Shown: piece after piece, positions 38,535 through 51,861 of the stretch
Numbering within the stretch: position 1 is the stretch's first letter
How the letters are laid out: the number at the start of each line of letters is the position of its first letter
Assembly (NCBI RefSeq): GCF_004010195.1
Contig: NC_057718.1
Location: forward strand, 11,031,288 to 11,092,129
Length of the DNA: 60,842 nucleotides
DNA from: Chiloscyllium plagiosum
Lineage: Eukaryota
Reading direction: 5' to 3'
Notes under the pieces: model-generated
The model's input: only the letters and a program-made list of their open reading frames with translations
Databases searched by the model: none
What the model was told of the DNA's origin: nothing
Made by a program: the position numbers and the translations under genes

Positions 38535-40055
38535 ACAATTTTAAATGCATGCTTCTTGTCACTAGGTTATTGATCTTCACATCAACAAATATAGGAAGAA
38601 TAACTAATTGAGGCAATTTACTTCTATACTAAACAGCCTGTAATGTTCTTCAGGTGTGGATGTTGTTTCAACAGGTTTAATTATTGCTTATCTCTTGTTT
38701 ACTGAGGACAATTAAGAACCACCTTTGTAGTGTGGTACTAGAATTACGTTTATGCCAAACTAGATAGGGTGTAGCAGGGTCCCAGCTGAGATTTTTTGGC
38801 AGTCTTGGTGTCTTTAGTGCTAATTGCCAATTTTGTTATGTAGGGTTTTAAGCGCTGAACCTCTTGTCTGGATCACTACGTGGTATCCCTTGTAGAGAGT
38901 TGAATTGTATTGTCAGTAAATGATGGGGCTTGCACTTTGATAATGCCATCAGCATTCTCTGTCCTATGTAATGAAGTACATGAGAAATATCATCACTGCT
39001 TTAATTTGGACATTAATGAAATCAAAGGAAGAACATAAGCATGCGAGTATTTTCCATAAGTTACCTAGTCTGTCAAATAAAGGTCAACATGCAATCTTGT
39101 TTCTACCTACCAAAAGCCAAACAGAAATTATATGACAGGAATGCTGTGTTTTTGCAGTTATGGGGTGTGTCTTTGGATTAAAACGTGATATTTCACAGAA
39201 ACAACCTAATATTACGGTAACTTTAGAACCTAGAGTGGCACGGTTGTACTGTTGCCTCACAAGGCCAGGGACCCAGGTTTGATTCTAGCCTTCGGTGACT
39301 GTCTCTGACTCACTTCAGAGTTGGCTTTAAAATTAGGTCAAGCTGATGAAATTTTGTTTATTTGTGTTTGCAAAATGATCTTGATTCACTTTGCAAGGTC
39401 TGTTACTCTCTGTTCGATGAAGTTGGCAGTATCACTTTGACCTACAGGGTGGTTGTTATCAGCAGTAAACGTGCTTGATTGGAAGTTAGATTTATTGTTC
39501 CACTACTTTAGATCAAGGCATTTTGAGGTTGACTAGCCGCCCCCCCCCCGATAGGAGAGGAGCCAGAAGCTCAGAACGAGTGTCTAGGTCTCACAGGGAC
39601 TAGACTGGCCTAGTGGCACCCAAATGGTATTACCTTGTCACCAACATTTACTGAGCAGGTTAGACCACAATGACATGGCAAGTTCCTACTGCCAGAAATA
39701 TCACAGGAAGAAGAACCCCTTAAGAGGTTGTTAATTGGCTACTTAAGGCCTCAGTTGGCCCACAGTGAATGAGTGACCGAATCTACGACTATTTTGTTCA
39801 GGTATCGTTGGTACCTGAGACGTATTCTCACTTTGTGCGATGTCATGTGCTTTTATGAAGACCCAAACTCTGAGAGTAGTACTGTTAAGTTGTAAAGCTT
39901 CCCACCTTTTCTTTCCAGTACTGTAATATTGTAATTTGTTTGGGTGAATGAATCATCTTGTATAAGGCATCTTGCAGCTTTATAACTCAAAGTTGGACAG
40001 TCAGTTCATTGCACTGCATGTTATATTGTTGTTTTCCCCCCCTCATCCCCAACCC

Positions 40056-40560
40056 TGCTGAAGCAAACGCTCAGAGACACAGTAGTTTTACCTCCATCTT
40101 TATTCCGGGCCCTGGAGGGAGAGAGAATGATTGCCCATATGCACAGAGATATGAGTTCACAGTCTTCTCTGGAAGTGCAGTTTCTTAATGAATTAAATAG
40201 TCATTTTACAGGGAAGAGCATCCAGATAAGGCAATATACATATTGATTGGGTGACCATTACAATCAGCAAGGGTCAATAGTAAAGATTAAGCCATCTGCT
40301 GTTACACATTGAATAACTGGCTTCACATAATGAATACTTTCCACCTTGTTAAACTGACCTCACATACTGAATGCCACCTCATCTTGTTCAATGGCTGAAC
40401 ATAATGAATGCTTTCCACCTTGTTAACCCATTACCCTTGTCTTCAGCACCCCATTGTTAACTATAAGTTCTTATCTAATCTGAATCATGCTCAGCTGAAC
40501 CTCTTGTTTCACAAAACTCAGAACCTAACTCTTTGCCTGTCTGCTTATACCCTATTCACA
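40056..40560 (-). mobile_element. Probable solo LTR (ERV-like)
   Basis: Minus strand starts TG and ends CA, with AATAAA ~45 nt from the end and a 28-bp internal direct repeat (40325-40352, 40399-40426). No TSD found. Confidence 0.5.
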
Positions 40561-41149
40561 TTCTCAGTTAGATAGTTTGCCTTGAATCCTATGCTAAGTT
40601 TTCATAGCTCATATTTGTCCATTGTGTATGAACAATTTGATTGAGATGACCACTGTCATATGCTGGCATATCCTTGGAATTTCATTTGTGGAGGAGCTGT
40701 GATGTCTTGGCTAGTACAGATCCTATTGAGTATGGACCACTGTTAACAAAGTGATTTTAAAAAAAGAGGAAAAATCATTTCCTAATATTGTAACCTTCAT
40801 CTCTCTTAGAATAGAGCTTTGTACACAGCAACGAAAATATCCGTGACACTGAATTGATTGATTTTTGTTTCAATAGAACAATAGCAAATATTTCTAGTCA
40901 GTAGCTCCATGGATAACAATGATGGAGAAGATCCATAAAACAAATGTAGCTCCTGTATAATGTGAAAACTCTCAAAAAGTGATGGCTTGTATTTATTGTT
41001 GTCCTGTCTGCTGACAAGTTATTGATATGGGTATGGATGTTGCTTGTTCTATGAAGGGCAATTGGATTGTTTTGGGTGCAAAATAGTATTGAACTAGTTG
41101 GATAGTAGTTGGCTGAGGTTGTGTGAAATGGGGAAGAAATTAAAACCTT

Positions 41150-41940
41150 GATCAAAGTATTTTAGGGATCTTTATCAAATGGATGAGTAGGCTGAAAATG
41201 GCAGATGGAGTTCAATTGCATTTTGATACAGCAGACAGGGGGAGAACGTTTACACAATTAATGGTAGGGCCATGAGTAGTGCTGTACAACAGAGACCGAG
41301 GGGTTCAGGTACATAATTCTTTGAAGTTTCTGTCACAATAGACATTAAAAAGGCACTTAGCACATCTGCCTTCATTGTTCACTCCTTTTGAGTATGGGAG
41401 TTGAGAAGTCCTGTTGAGGTTGTACAGGACATTGGTGAGGCCTCTTCTGGAGTAGTGTGTCCTGTTCTGCTCATCCTGTTATAAGAAGGATATTAATAAG
41501 GTTGAGAGAGCTCAAAATAGCTTTACCAGGATGCTGTGGGTGTAGAAGGTTTGAGTCATAAAGGCTGAGATGTTTTTCACTGGTTGAGGTTGAGAGATGA
41601 CTTTATCAAAGTTTATAAAATCATGAGGGATATAGGTAAGGTTAATAGTACTTGTCTTTTCCCTAAGATTGGGAATTTCAAAACTGGGGGCATATTAACA
41701 ATGAGAGGAGAGAGATTTTTAAAAAGACATGAGGGGCAATTTTTTTTTACAGAGTGTGCTTCGAGGGCGAAATGAACTTCCTAAGTAAATGTTACAATGT
41801 TTTAAATGCTAAGTACATGAATGGGAAATATTTGGAGGAATATGGGCCAGGAGCAATCGAGTGGGACTCGTTTAGTTTGGGATTATGTTTGGCGTGGACT
41901 GGTTGGACCAAAGGGTCTGTTTCCATGCTGTATGACGATA
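41150..41940 (+). mobile_element. CR1 LINE 3' fragment
   Basis: KWQMEFN, LYRTLVRPLLE and LRDDFIKVYKIMR; CR1 3' UTR GGGTCTGTTTCCATGCTGTATGAC. Confidence 0.88.
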
Positions 41941-42085
41941 GGATGAGAGCACTGCTGGCATGTCAGCATTTGTCCATGCCTAATTACACTGGAAAAGGAG
42001 ATGATGAGTAGCGGCTTTGAATTGCTGCAATCCGTTTGTTGTATCTGCACCCACAGCTATTCTAAGTAGGAAATTTCTGGGGTTT
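41940..42085 (-). mobile_element. Decayed LINE-like 3' end sharing its tail with SINE family S1
   Basis: Begins like the S1 tails (CACTG..GGC...CAGCATTT.T.CAT.CCTAATT), then continues with non-SINE sequence. Confidence 0.4.
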
Positions 42086-43782
42086 TTTGGCCAAGTTTTC
42101 CACTTTTCATTTCTCTTTCCTGCCAACCAACTTCTGGATCAAGACTTAACTAACACTACAAGTATTTACGTAATGCTTTGTGCCTGCTTTATATTCCTTA
42201 AGGTACCACTGAGATCAGCTATAGTATAAAACATTATTCTGTCTTAACAATGTGGCATAGTGACCTGCTTCAGATCAAGGAACCTGTGTTTATTTAAATT
42301 GTAAATGCTATGCTCGGCACCAGCAATAACACAGATCGTTGACCATTTAGACCATTAATTCTTAGTCTGTCAGTTAAGTAAATCAACCTCAGAATGTTGT
42401 GTTGTTCTTGTGCAATTAACAAGTAACTGTAAGATACCAATTTGAAATTCACTTTCTCACTGGTTGCAGTCCTAAATATTTGGAGCTTGCAATTCATAGA
42501 AAGGACCTACATATACATATAACTGTGAAAATAGACGGTGATAATAAAGCTTCTGGCTTAAGATGCTAACAAATGGAGACTTGAAGCAATTTTGAAGACC
42601 TGCATAATGTACCTTCTTGAAAGGTTATGTGATCTGTGTCCTGGAGTTTCCTCACATTATCCATTCAGCATTTTCTCTGCAACTTGTGTTCAAAGTGCTC
42701 TAACTCAGGCCACATTACTGTGGAATCATTTAAATTACAGAACCAAATGTTGCCATTCAGCCCATCATGTTTGTGCCAGCTCTTTGAAAGAGCAGTCTAA
42801 TTAGCCCCACCACGATTTTGTAAATTTTTATTTTCCACTTAGTGTGATGGCCTGCTCTTAGTGTGAGGTTAATGAATGTCCTGCTTTCTTTTCTTCTCAT
42901 TGTATTTTAAGCAATGTGTCACACCAAAGTGTGGTTTAAAAGAAGAACTGGGTTCAGATACTTAACTTATCAGGAGAGAATAGTTATTAACCTGAATTAC
43001 CCTTTGACCTGTTACTCTCTCCTGACATATTCTAGTCAGTTTCTTTATTGTTACACTCCCATTGCCTAAATGTTCTTTTGGTAGATTTCCAGTTAGACTT
43101 TGTGGTGAACTATTCAATAAATTAAACCAAATCGTACACAATTAACAAATTGCAAAAACCCATCTTAGCAAAAATACTTAATGGTAAGCACTGGAGACTC
43201 AAGTATTGAGCATTTTTCATACCATTAAAATATAGATTTCACATTGTACTAAATCAGTACCCTTGATTGGAATGTGCTGGCCCAGGCTAAGTTATCAGAA
43301 CTTGCATATACACATCATACTGGAGTAGTTCCAGACCTGATACACAAAGTCTGCAGAGGAGTGCACCCTCAGGAATTAGTGAATAATCAGATAGCTGGAT
43401 AGAAAAAGTCTAAAGTTCGATCATCTGACTGTAGTCTGGTAGCTAATTTCAGATATGGGCAATACTAGGAGTGTTATAAACAGGTGCCCATGCTCCATAA
43501 ACTGCCTTGTGTAAGGAGTACTGTGTTTGGAGTCAGGGAGAAAATAACCAGCACAGGGTCTTGCTGTCTGGTGACCTTGTTAAAAGTGCACAGCTGAGGG
43601 CCAAAATCAGTCAGTCTTTATGATTGAATAAGTAGGCTCACTGTCTGGACTATTTCAGGAAGAATGATCATTAGGCAAAGGCCAGAGGGTACAATAAGAA
43701 TTATATCCCAGGATTTTTGAAAACGAGGGAATTGAAGATTTGGGAAAGAAAATTCTAATTTCTCATGAATTTGTTTATGTTC

Positions 43783-43866
43783 CTCTGCTGCCTGACCTGC
43801 TGTGCTTTTTCCAGTGCCACGCTTTTCGACTCTGACTCTCCAGCATCTGCAGTACTCATTTACTCC
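43783..43866 (+). mobile_element. PLE family-A terminal fragment
   Basis: TGCTGCCTGACCTGCTGTGCTTTT.CCAG...CTCCAGCATCTGCAGT. Confidence 0.8.
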
Positions 43867-44599
43867 ATGGAGTGTGATGGTGAAGAGACCATGTTAAACC
43901 CATTGCACCACAATATGACCTTTTGACTCAATACTTTAAGAAAAGCATGTGGTGTTTGCATAGTATGCCAATTAAGTAAAAAGAAATGTTTTGTTTTTAC
44001 ATAGTTCTTTATTGTAGCTGATTTTATCCATATGATGTTCTAGACTGAGGCTATTTTTCCCTCTACCTTCTTCCCTATCACCACCTTTCACCAGTGGTTT
44101 GACTGCATTTGGTGTGATGTCACACTAGACTACCTTAGTTGGTTTAACAGTTGGTTTACAATACAGAGTGATGCCAACAACATGGATTCATTCCTGCAGC
44201 AGCTGAGATTACCACGAAGAACCCTCCTTCTCAACCTCTACAATGCTTCCAGTGTAACTGTATTCCTCCTTAAGTAAGGAGGCATGAACTGTAGGCTAGT
44301 CTCCAGGTCCAGTTTCCACAATGCAGTGTATAACTGTAGCACAGTGGTGCTACAGCAGCACAGAGTATACTTTTATTCTGTAAGTCCATTGGATTCCGTT
44401 GCAATGTTCTATTTGCCTTTGGAATTACTTGTACCTGCATACTTTTTTTTGTGATTCACATACAAGGGCATCCAGATCCCTCTGAACTGCAGCATTCTCC
44501 ATTTAAGTGACATTCACTTTTTCTGCCTTGTAAATAACCTTATATTTTCCTACATTATATTCTACCAATTTTTTGTTCATTTAACCTATATACAATAGG

Positions 44600-44995
44600 A
44601 CAGTTAGCTCAGTTGGCTGGATAGGAGAAAGTGCGGACTGCAGATGCTGGAGATCAGAGTCAAAAAATGTGACACTAGGAAAGCACAGCCGGTCAGGCAG
44701 CATCTGAGAAGCAGGGGGGTCGACATTTCGAGCGTAAGCTCATGGCTGGTTTGGAATGGAGAGAAGCCAACAACTTGGGTTCAATTCCCACACCGACTGA
44801 GATTATCTTGAAAGTGCCGCCTCCTGAATTCTACTCTTTGACTGAGGTGTGGTGACCCACCAGTCTTCTCTCTTTAATTGGAGCTCCGAAAACTAGTGCT
44901 TCCAAATAAACCCGTTGGACTATAACCTGGTGTTATTTGATTTTTAACTCTCATGGGAGCAGCTCTGTGGTCCTCTGGTACCATGGTAACTTTGT
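44600..44995 (+). mobile_element. SINE family S2 containing a PLE family-A insert (44623-44742, minus) and a family-B insert (~44880-44950)
   Basis: Head AGTTAGCTCAGTTGGCTGG is broken by GGAGAAAGTG.GGACTGCAGATGCTGG...; later GCTCCGAAAACTAGTGCTTCCAAATAAAC. Confidence 0.75.
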
Positions 44996-45166
44996 CAGCA
45001 ATATATGTTATTGTCTTATATGATCTGTAGGAATATTTGAGACTAAGTTGAGTGATGAAACAGGTGTTGGATATATTAGTTGTAGGTTAATAGTATCATA
45101 GGTTATATCAAAGCCTGGCACAATATATTAAGATGATAGCCTAGGCCCCAACTTTTTCTTACTTTT

Positions 45167-46187
45167 AGAACATAGAACATAGAACAATACAGCACAGAAT
45201 ACACCACGATGTTGTGCTGAACATTTGTCCTAGCTTAAGCACCCATCCATGTACCTATCCAATTGCCGCTTAAAGGTCGCCAATGATTCTGACTCTGCCA
45301 CTCCCACAGGCAGCGCATTCCATGCCCCCACCACTCTCTGGGTAAAGAACCTACCCCTGACATCTCCCCTATACCTTCCACCCTTCACCTTAAATTTATG
45401 TCCCCTTGTAACACTCTGTTGTACCCGGGGAAAAAGTTTCTGACTGTCTACTCTATCTATTCCTCTGATCATCTTATAAATCTCTATCAAGTCACCCCTC
45501 ATCCTTCTCCGTTCCAATGAGAAAAGGCCTAGCACACTCAACCTATCCTCGTACGACTTATTCTCCATTCCAGGCAACATGCTGGTAAATCTCCTCTGCA
45601 CCATCTTCCACATCTTTCCTAAAGTGAGGCAACCAGAACTGCACACAGTACTCCAAATGTGGCCTAACCAAGATCCTGTACAGCTGCAATATCACTTCAC
45701 GACTCTTGAATTCAATCCCTCTACTAATGAACGCTAATACACCATAGGCCTTACAAGTTCTATCCACCTGAGTGGCAGCTTTCAAAGAGCTATGAACATA
45801 GACCCCAAGATCCCTCTGCTCCTCCACCTTACTAAGAACCCTACCATTAACCCTGTATTCCGCGTTCTTATTTGTCCTTCCAAAATGGACAACCTCACAC
45901 TTGACAGGGTTGAACTCCATCTGCCACTCCTCAGCCCAGCTCTGCATCATATCTAAGTCTCTTTGCAGCCGACAACAGCCGCCCTCACTATCCACAACTC
46001 CACCAATCTTCGTATCATCTGCAAATTTACTGACCCACCCTTCGACTCCCTCTTCCAAGTCATTAATAAAAATTACAAACAGCAGAGGACCCAGAACTGA
46101 TCCCTGCGGAACTCCACTTGTAACTGGGCTCCAGGCTGAATATTTACCATCTACCACCACTCTCTGACTTCGACCGGTTAGCCAGTT
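45167..46187 (-). mobile_element. Young CR1 LINE, 5'-truncated, with a 200-aa open RT segment
   Basis: VTSGVPQGSVLGPLLFVIFINDL...KFADDTK...[11 protein letters not shown]. (AGAACAT)n tail on the plus strand. TTTTAG on both flanks. Confidence 0.95.
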
Positions 46188-46510
46188 TTAGTTTAAAGGC
46201 AAGTGTACGGCATTGTGTTCTAGATGCAATTTGATTGGTCTAACTACAAGCTTGAAGCAAAACACACTTTATTCTTACTGTCTCACATACAATTCCAGCA
46301 GCTAGAAGAGAACCCAAACTTTTAGCTGTAACAGAGGGAGGAATAACAGCTTCCACATCTAGTTTCATGACCCCCAGCAACGACTGAAAATTAACTAAAA
46401 TCCTGGTTTTGTGGGAGCTTGACCACCACCCCCTCATGCTGCTTCTATTGTTTGAACTTTTTAAAAAGCCCAAGACCTCACAAGCCATTTACTTTTTTGG
46501 CTTGGAACAG

Positions 46511-46631
46511 AAAATTCCTGATGAAGGGCTTGTGCCTGAAAAGTCAATTCTCCTGCTTGGATGCTGCCTGACTTGCTGTGCTTTACCAGTATCACACCAG
46601 TATCCAGCATCTGCAGCCTTCACTTTCTTCC
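46511..46631 (+). mobile_element. PLE family-A terminal insertion beginning at its hammerhead motif
   Basis: 46514-46549 reads AUUC-CUGAUGA-A-GGGC-UUGU-GCCU-GAAA-AGUC-AAUU. Flanks CTTGGAAC / CTTGGCAC. Confidence 0.82.
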
Positions 46632-47409
46632 ACTTGGCACCTCTGTCTCAACCTCTCTCCATTTAAAAAGCAAAGGACAAAATACATATCTTAAAGCCAA
46701 AGTATCATGAGAATAGGATATGAGTGAGCCCTCTTGTAGCTCAGTGGTCACGTCCCTACCCCTGGACTGGGCAGCCCTGGTTCAAGCCCCACCTACTCCA
46801 GAGGTGTCCAATAACATCTCTGAACAGTTTGATTAGAAGGTAAGAGTTGGTGATTTTCTTTTTTAGAAAAACAGACCTAGGAGTGGGTTTGTGGACCTGT
46901 CTGTCCTGGGCTGGGCTGGGACTAGCCTATGTACACCACAAGTGGTGGCTCTATTTTGGTGTTCAACAAGAAATTATATTCCTTTTGGGAAAAAAAGAGA
47001 GGGTGTGAGTTGTTTGGATAAATATGTGGAGCTAGTAATCAGTGGAGTGAGTGACCACACTCCATGAAACAATGTAAATAAATCTCAAGGTAACTGAAAG
47101 TATGCCACCTGGACTCTCATTAAATAGTTCTTCCTAGTGTATAACTACTACACAGCTCTTTGCAGGTTCTTTGTACCCTCCTCACAATTTGTTTTTCTCT
47201 ATGGCTTTGCCATCAGAACATTTGGCTACAATACAGTTACCCCTTAAACCAAGTTATTAATTTAGATCATAAATAGTTGTGGCTGCGCACCCCTACCTCA
47301 ACTGAGCAGCACTCCAGTGGTTGCAGATTGCTAAACTGAAAGTGACACATTTATCCTAACTTTCTTATTGGTTAATCCCTCTTTCCCTGTTAATATGTTT
47401 TCTTGTGTA

Positions 47410-48015
47410 GTAAGACCATAAGACCTAGGAGCAAATTAGGCCATTCTGCCAATAGAGTCTGTTCCACCATTCAATCATGCCTGATGAGTCTTTGAAGCCC
47501 ATTCTCCCTCTTTCGCTCCATAACCCTTGATCTCCTTGATACTCAAGAATCTATCTATCTCTGTGTTAAACAGACTGAATGAGCTTGCCTCCACAGCCTT
47601 CTGTGGTAATGAACTCCATAGATTCCCCAATCTCTGGCTGAAGAAGTTTCTCCTTATCTCCATTCTAAAATGTCTTCCCTTTACTCTAAGGCTGTGCCCT
47701 CTGGTCCTAGTCTGTCCTACAAATGGAAAAATCTTCTCAACATCCACTCTGTCCAGGCCATTCAGTATTATGTATGTTTCAATTAGACCCCTCCTCATCC
47801 TTCTGAACTCCATCAAGTAAAAACCTAGAATCCTCAAATGTTCCTCATATGGTTAAGCTTTTCATTCCTGGGACCATTTTTGTGAAGCTCCTCTGAACAT
47901 GCTCCAAGGCCAGTACATCCTTCCTGAGATATGGAGTCCAAAACTGCGTACAATACTCCAAATGTGGCCTGACCAGAGCAGTTTCGAGCCTCAGAAGTAC
48001 ATCCCTGCTTTTATG
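47410..48015 (-). mobile_element. CR1 LINE 3' end (second subfamily)
   Basis: EFRRMRRGLIETYIILNGLDRVDVEKIFP...RTRGHSLRVKG..F..EIRRNFFSQR. (TAAGACCA)n tail on the plus strand. Confidence 0.92.
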
Positions 48016-51000
48016 TTACATTATAGTAACATTTTATCTTTAACGTTTGATATAGTAACATCAAATCCACTTACTGGTTCCCTCTATATTCACCTTGCTT
48101 GCTTCACCTCTTGAAGACTAGCTGCCCTTTTGTTTTCCGTCTGTTGTCTCCCTCCTTTCTTGACGGCAGTTGATATATTTAAATCCAAATTTTCTTGGAC
48201 CTTTTCAGAAGTTGGGAAATATTGAAAGATTGCAATTAATGTACCAACTATTTTGCAGTAACTTCTTTAAGACTTTATGATGCAAATGCTCATGCTGAGG
48301 GTTTATTTGGTGAAATCAACTTATTTTCTGTTGTTAAAGTCTGTGGCCTTATGTGAATATATCTCAATGACTTACTGCCCTGTTAATTAACTAAAAAGTA
48401 CACATCTATCAAGCCAGGTTTCATTATGGGATATGACTTGTTCAGCTGTACTATGAATTAGGATCTGAACTTGTAGGAGTTTTCACTGTCTGATCTTGTA
48501 TTTCTGGCTAATTTTCTCTCATACATTGTACTCCAGTTTCTCTTTTGTTTAGTCATCCTTTGTATTCTAAGTTTTAAAATTTTTTTGAACTGGTAATAGA
48601 CTTTATAACAATGTATGTCTTTATTTTCAATTTAAAGCTGTCATTAACTTTCTCATTTAGTTATGGCTCATGCATCCTTCTCAAGTTTTTTTTTTGTCAA
48701 TGGAATGCATTTTTGTTGCAATTTATGCCTGTGCTCTGTTAACATCCCCAAAGATCCTGACTTAGTGTAGGAGTTTAGGCAATGCGAGTTGGCTACTTAC
48801 GTAGAACATCACAGCACAGCTCAGTTCTGCCCTTGCCTCATGTCTTAGATGTGCGCACAGATTATGATCATAACTGGGAGTGTTGGTTGTTTTCCTCAAT
48901 TCTAACCTGCCCAACCCTGTGCAGCTTAGATCAGGTAGTTCAGAACAAGGATCGACCAGAAAGCAAGAATGGCCTTAAAGTAGTCTTTTATTTTAAGTGG
49001 AAGTTAGAAGACTTTGAATAAATTTGAAAAACTTAAGCACATTGCTGTAGTTTGGGGTCGAAACATAATTTTCTTTATCTCCCTTTCCCTATCTCCCCAC
49101 TTCCCCTTACATGCTAGAGGCTGGATGATTTTTCTTGAATATTAATGAAAGTCAATAATAAATGATCTCCATTGGCATCCCAACCTTGTATGAACTTATT
49201 CCACGGCAACCTTTCAGATGTAATGTGTGTCATTATGCTTGAATAACTTTTGTTGAATTGGCACCATTGTCTATGTCCAGTGCCTCAGAAATCCTGGCAA
49301 GACACAGTACTACAGCTGCCCAGTTCAGCCAGCCGGTTTGAAAACAATGTCTTGTTCTGGTAGCACCAAGCATTCTCGTCTGATTCTTTAACTGATGACA
49401 TTTCTTGTCTCATTGTTTTTAAAAAAGATAGCTCTTTTACCAGTCGTAGCTCTTTTCTCCAAGTCTTTGAAGGAGAAGTTGGATTATGATTTACCATAAA
49501 GCAGATTATTCCAGGCTGATTCCAGTGATGTGGAATTGTGGGTTACCTGTAAAGATTTTGAGCAGTGTTTTGATGCAGATCTTCTGAGTTTAAATCTCTA
49601 TATACCATAATTTGTTTCTCATTGTTCAAAATGAAACAGAAAATAGCTCTTCGGCAAAGGAACTTGCTGGACAGCTTAAGTGGTGATTGAGCTGCAGGTT
49701 TTGGAGTGTTCTGCCTCACTGAAATCACATAAATTGTACTTCGCAGCCTGTTGAATTTAATACAATCCGTTTGTCAAATGTTTTTGATCAAGCAAGGCAG
49801 ATCTATTGAGGAATTATTCTGGAAGTAGAACCCTGCAATTACCTCAGCTGTAATTTATTTAACAGAGATATGATGTCTTTTAACATATCTTTTACGGTCA
49901 CCCAAAAAGGCAGATTGGGCTGGTATAGGGATATGGTGGGTAGGGCGGTAGGGCACCTCGACTGAACATTTAATTTTAAACACACACCACTGACAGTGTG
50001 ACAGTCTCCTAGCACTGAGTGGCGTATTGGCTACAGTTTTTTGAGAGTAACCACAGCATCACTTCTGGCATTTTAAGCTTTGATGTCAACTGACTCCTAC
50101 CTGAAAAATGCTCTTCACAGCTCAGACTGTGGGCATTGGGCACTGATTTCTTCCAATTTGTAACCAAATCTTTCTCAAGAATGACACTGTTCTTTTCCCT
50201 CGGTGTCTTTTAAGTCTGGTTTGTAGTGGGCAAGTTTCTTCAAAACTCTACCTAATTTGACATTAATTTTCAATCCCAAGTCCCTTCATCTGTTATAAGG
50301 TTGGTGCCCCATTCTCGGAACATAAAAGTTTCATTGCAGATCTGATTTAGTGTACACGCTATTGCCATGTGACATATACCTTTACCTATTGCTGTATTGC
50401 AAAGCTTGCCAGAGTGTCCTGAGGCTGTTGCTGAAAGGCTAGGTGGTCTGCCACGTCTTCATATGAGTATGCAATTACAGAACCTGGAATTATATGTTTA
50501 TAATTCATTCTTCAACCCTGTTTCTTTCTGAAGAATTGGCTTTTTTAAAGGTAAACATTTTGAGGTTGAGTGCAACTTCAGGTAACCCACATTCTGTGTA
50601 TTGAAATAAATGGTATTAGTTAGCGATTAACAAAAGGGTAGTAAATTAACTTTTATCAGAACTGTGAATCTGCTTCTTTCCATGGTTTCTCATAGATATC
50701 AGAAGCTTGTACCATTTGAGTTATTGTCAGTTTTTGTGTTCCTCCAGGCAGGTGGTTTCCATTTTGGCAGTGTTTAAAAAGAAATTGGGGAGCAAATGAT
50801 TGTGGACGAGCTAATCTTTATCAGGTGCTAGGTATCACACGTGATGTGGCCTGAATGATTTCTACTCTCATAGTTTGGTTCTGTAATTGTCACATCACAT
50901 GCTCAATCTTCATACTCAAGAAGGAAATGTTTTGACCATAGTTTGCAGATGCCTTTTTAAATTTATTTTAAAAACCTGTGGCAGTGTTTTAATTACAGTG

Positions 51001-51714
51001 CATTCAGTCAGCTACAATTAACTATTTATTCAACACAACTTAATTTAAACTGTTGAATGTTCTGATTTGTCTTCGCACTAAATTGCATTTCTAATTTGCA
51101 TTACCAAACTTGAGCATTTTTCATACAGAAGTCAGGTATGAACTATCAGGTACCACATATAAATTAATGGTGTCATAATTGGCAGTTGGTCACTTTTTAA
51201 TATTCTGAAATAATGTTGAAAAACTCATGCCCATAACATGAAAGCAAGATACAAAAGATAAAATGGAAAATCAGATTGCGGTGGTTACATGCTGCAAAGC
51301 TTAAACTTCCTACCTTTTAGGGTTGAGGGAGGAAAGAAAACTGAAGGAGTATTGTTAAATTAATGAGATGTAGCTGATACTATACATGCAGTCAGCTGCC
51401 TGAGCAAATCCTCAAAAAAAAGGCATCAGCAAAAGATGCACTCTTTTATTGGCATTGCGAGCTCCTACTGGATTTGTCCACTCGACTACTGTTTAACATT
51501 TGTTGAATCAGGCATGAATGTATTGGAAGGGATGGAAGTCATGTGCATTATCAGAAACAAAATGTAAAACCACTTCAAGAGAACTGAGCAATGACCGTTT
51601 TAAGTTCCAGGGCAAAAATAAGTTAGAATACAATGATGAGTAATTGGTTTTCAATTCAGTGCGGTGATAATTTGTGGAGAAATTTTTAACTCACTCGAAC
51701 TCTGTCGTACCTGC

Positions 51715-51858
51715 ATGTACTTTAGGTGGGTTAGCCATGGTAAACGCAGGGTTATAGGGATGGGATGGGGGTCTGGGTCTGGCTGGAATGCTCTTTGGAA
51801 GGTCAGTGCGGACTCAATGGGCTGAATGGCCTTCTGCACTGTAGGGACTCTATGATAC
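51715..51858 (+). mobile_element. 3' half of an HE1-related SINE
   Basis: TTAGGTGG.TTAGCCATG.TAAA...GGTCAGTGCGGACTCAATGGGCTGAATGGCC...CACTGTAGGGA.TCTATGAT. Confidence 0.65.
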
Positions 51859-51861
51859 TTA

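Larger units (their letters stand above)
45102..46712 (-). mobile_element. Probable solo LTR split by CR1 and PLE insertions
   Basis: Ends GTTATA... and ...ATCATGAGA resemble decayed TGTTAT/ATGACA termini. ATAG flanks both sides. Minus-strand AATAAA near 46270. Confidence 0.4.

Noticed and set aside
42958..42985. ATACTTAACTTATCAGGAGAGAATA resembling the 5' end of U1 snRNA
   Set aside because: Short, gapped similarity that does not extend; compatible with chance.
45558..46160. 200-aa RT ORF (and the 164-aa ORF at 34677) as functional genes
   Set aside because: 5'-truncated, frameshifted CR1 copies lacking the endonuclease and the N-terminal RT.
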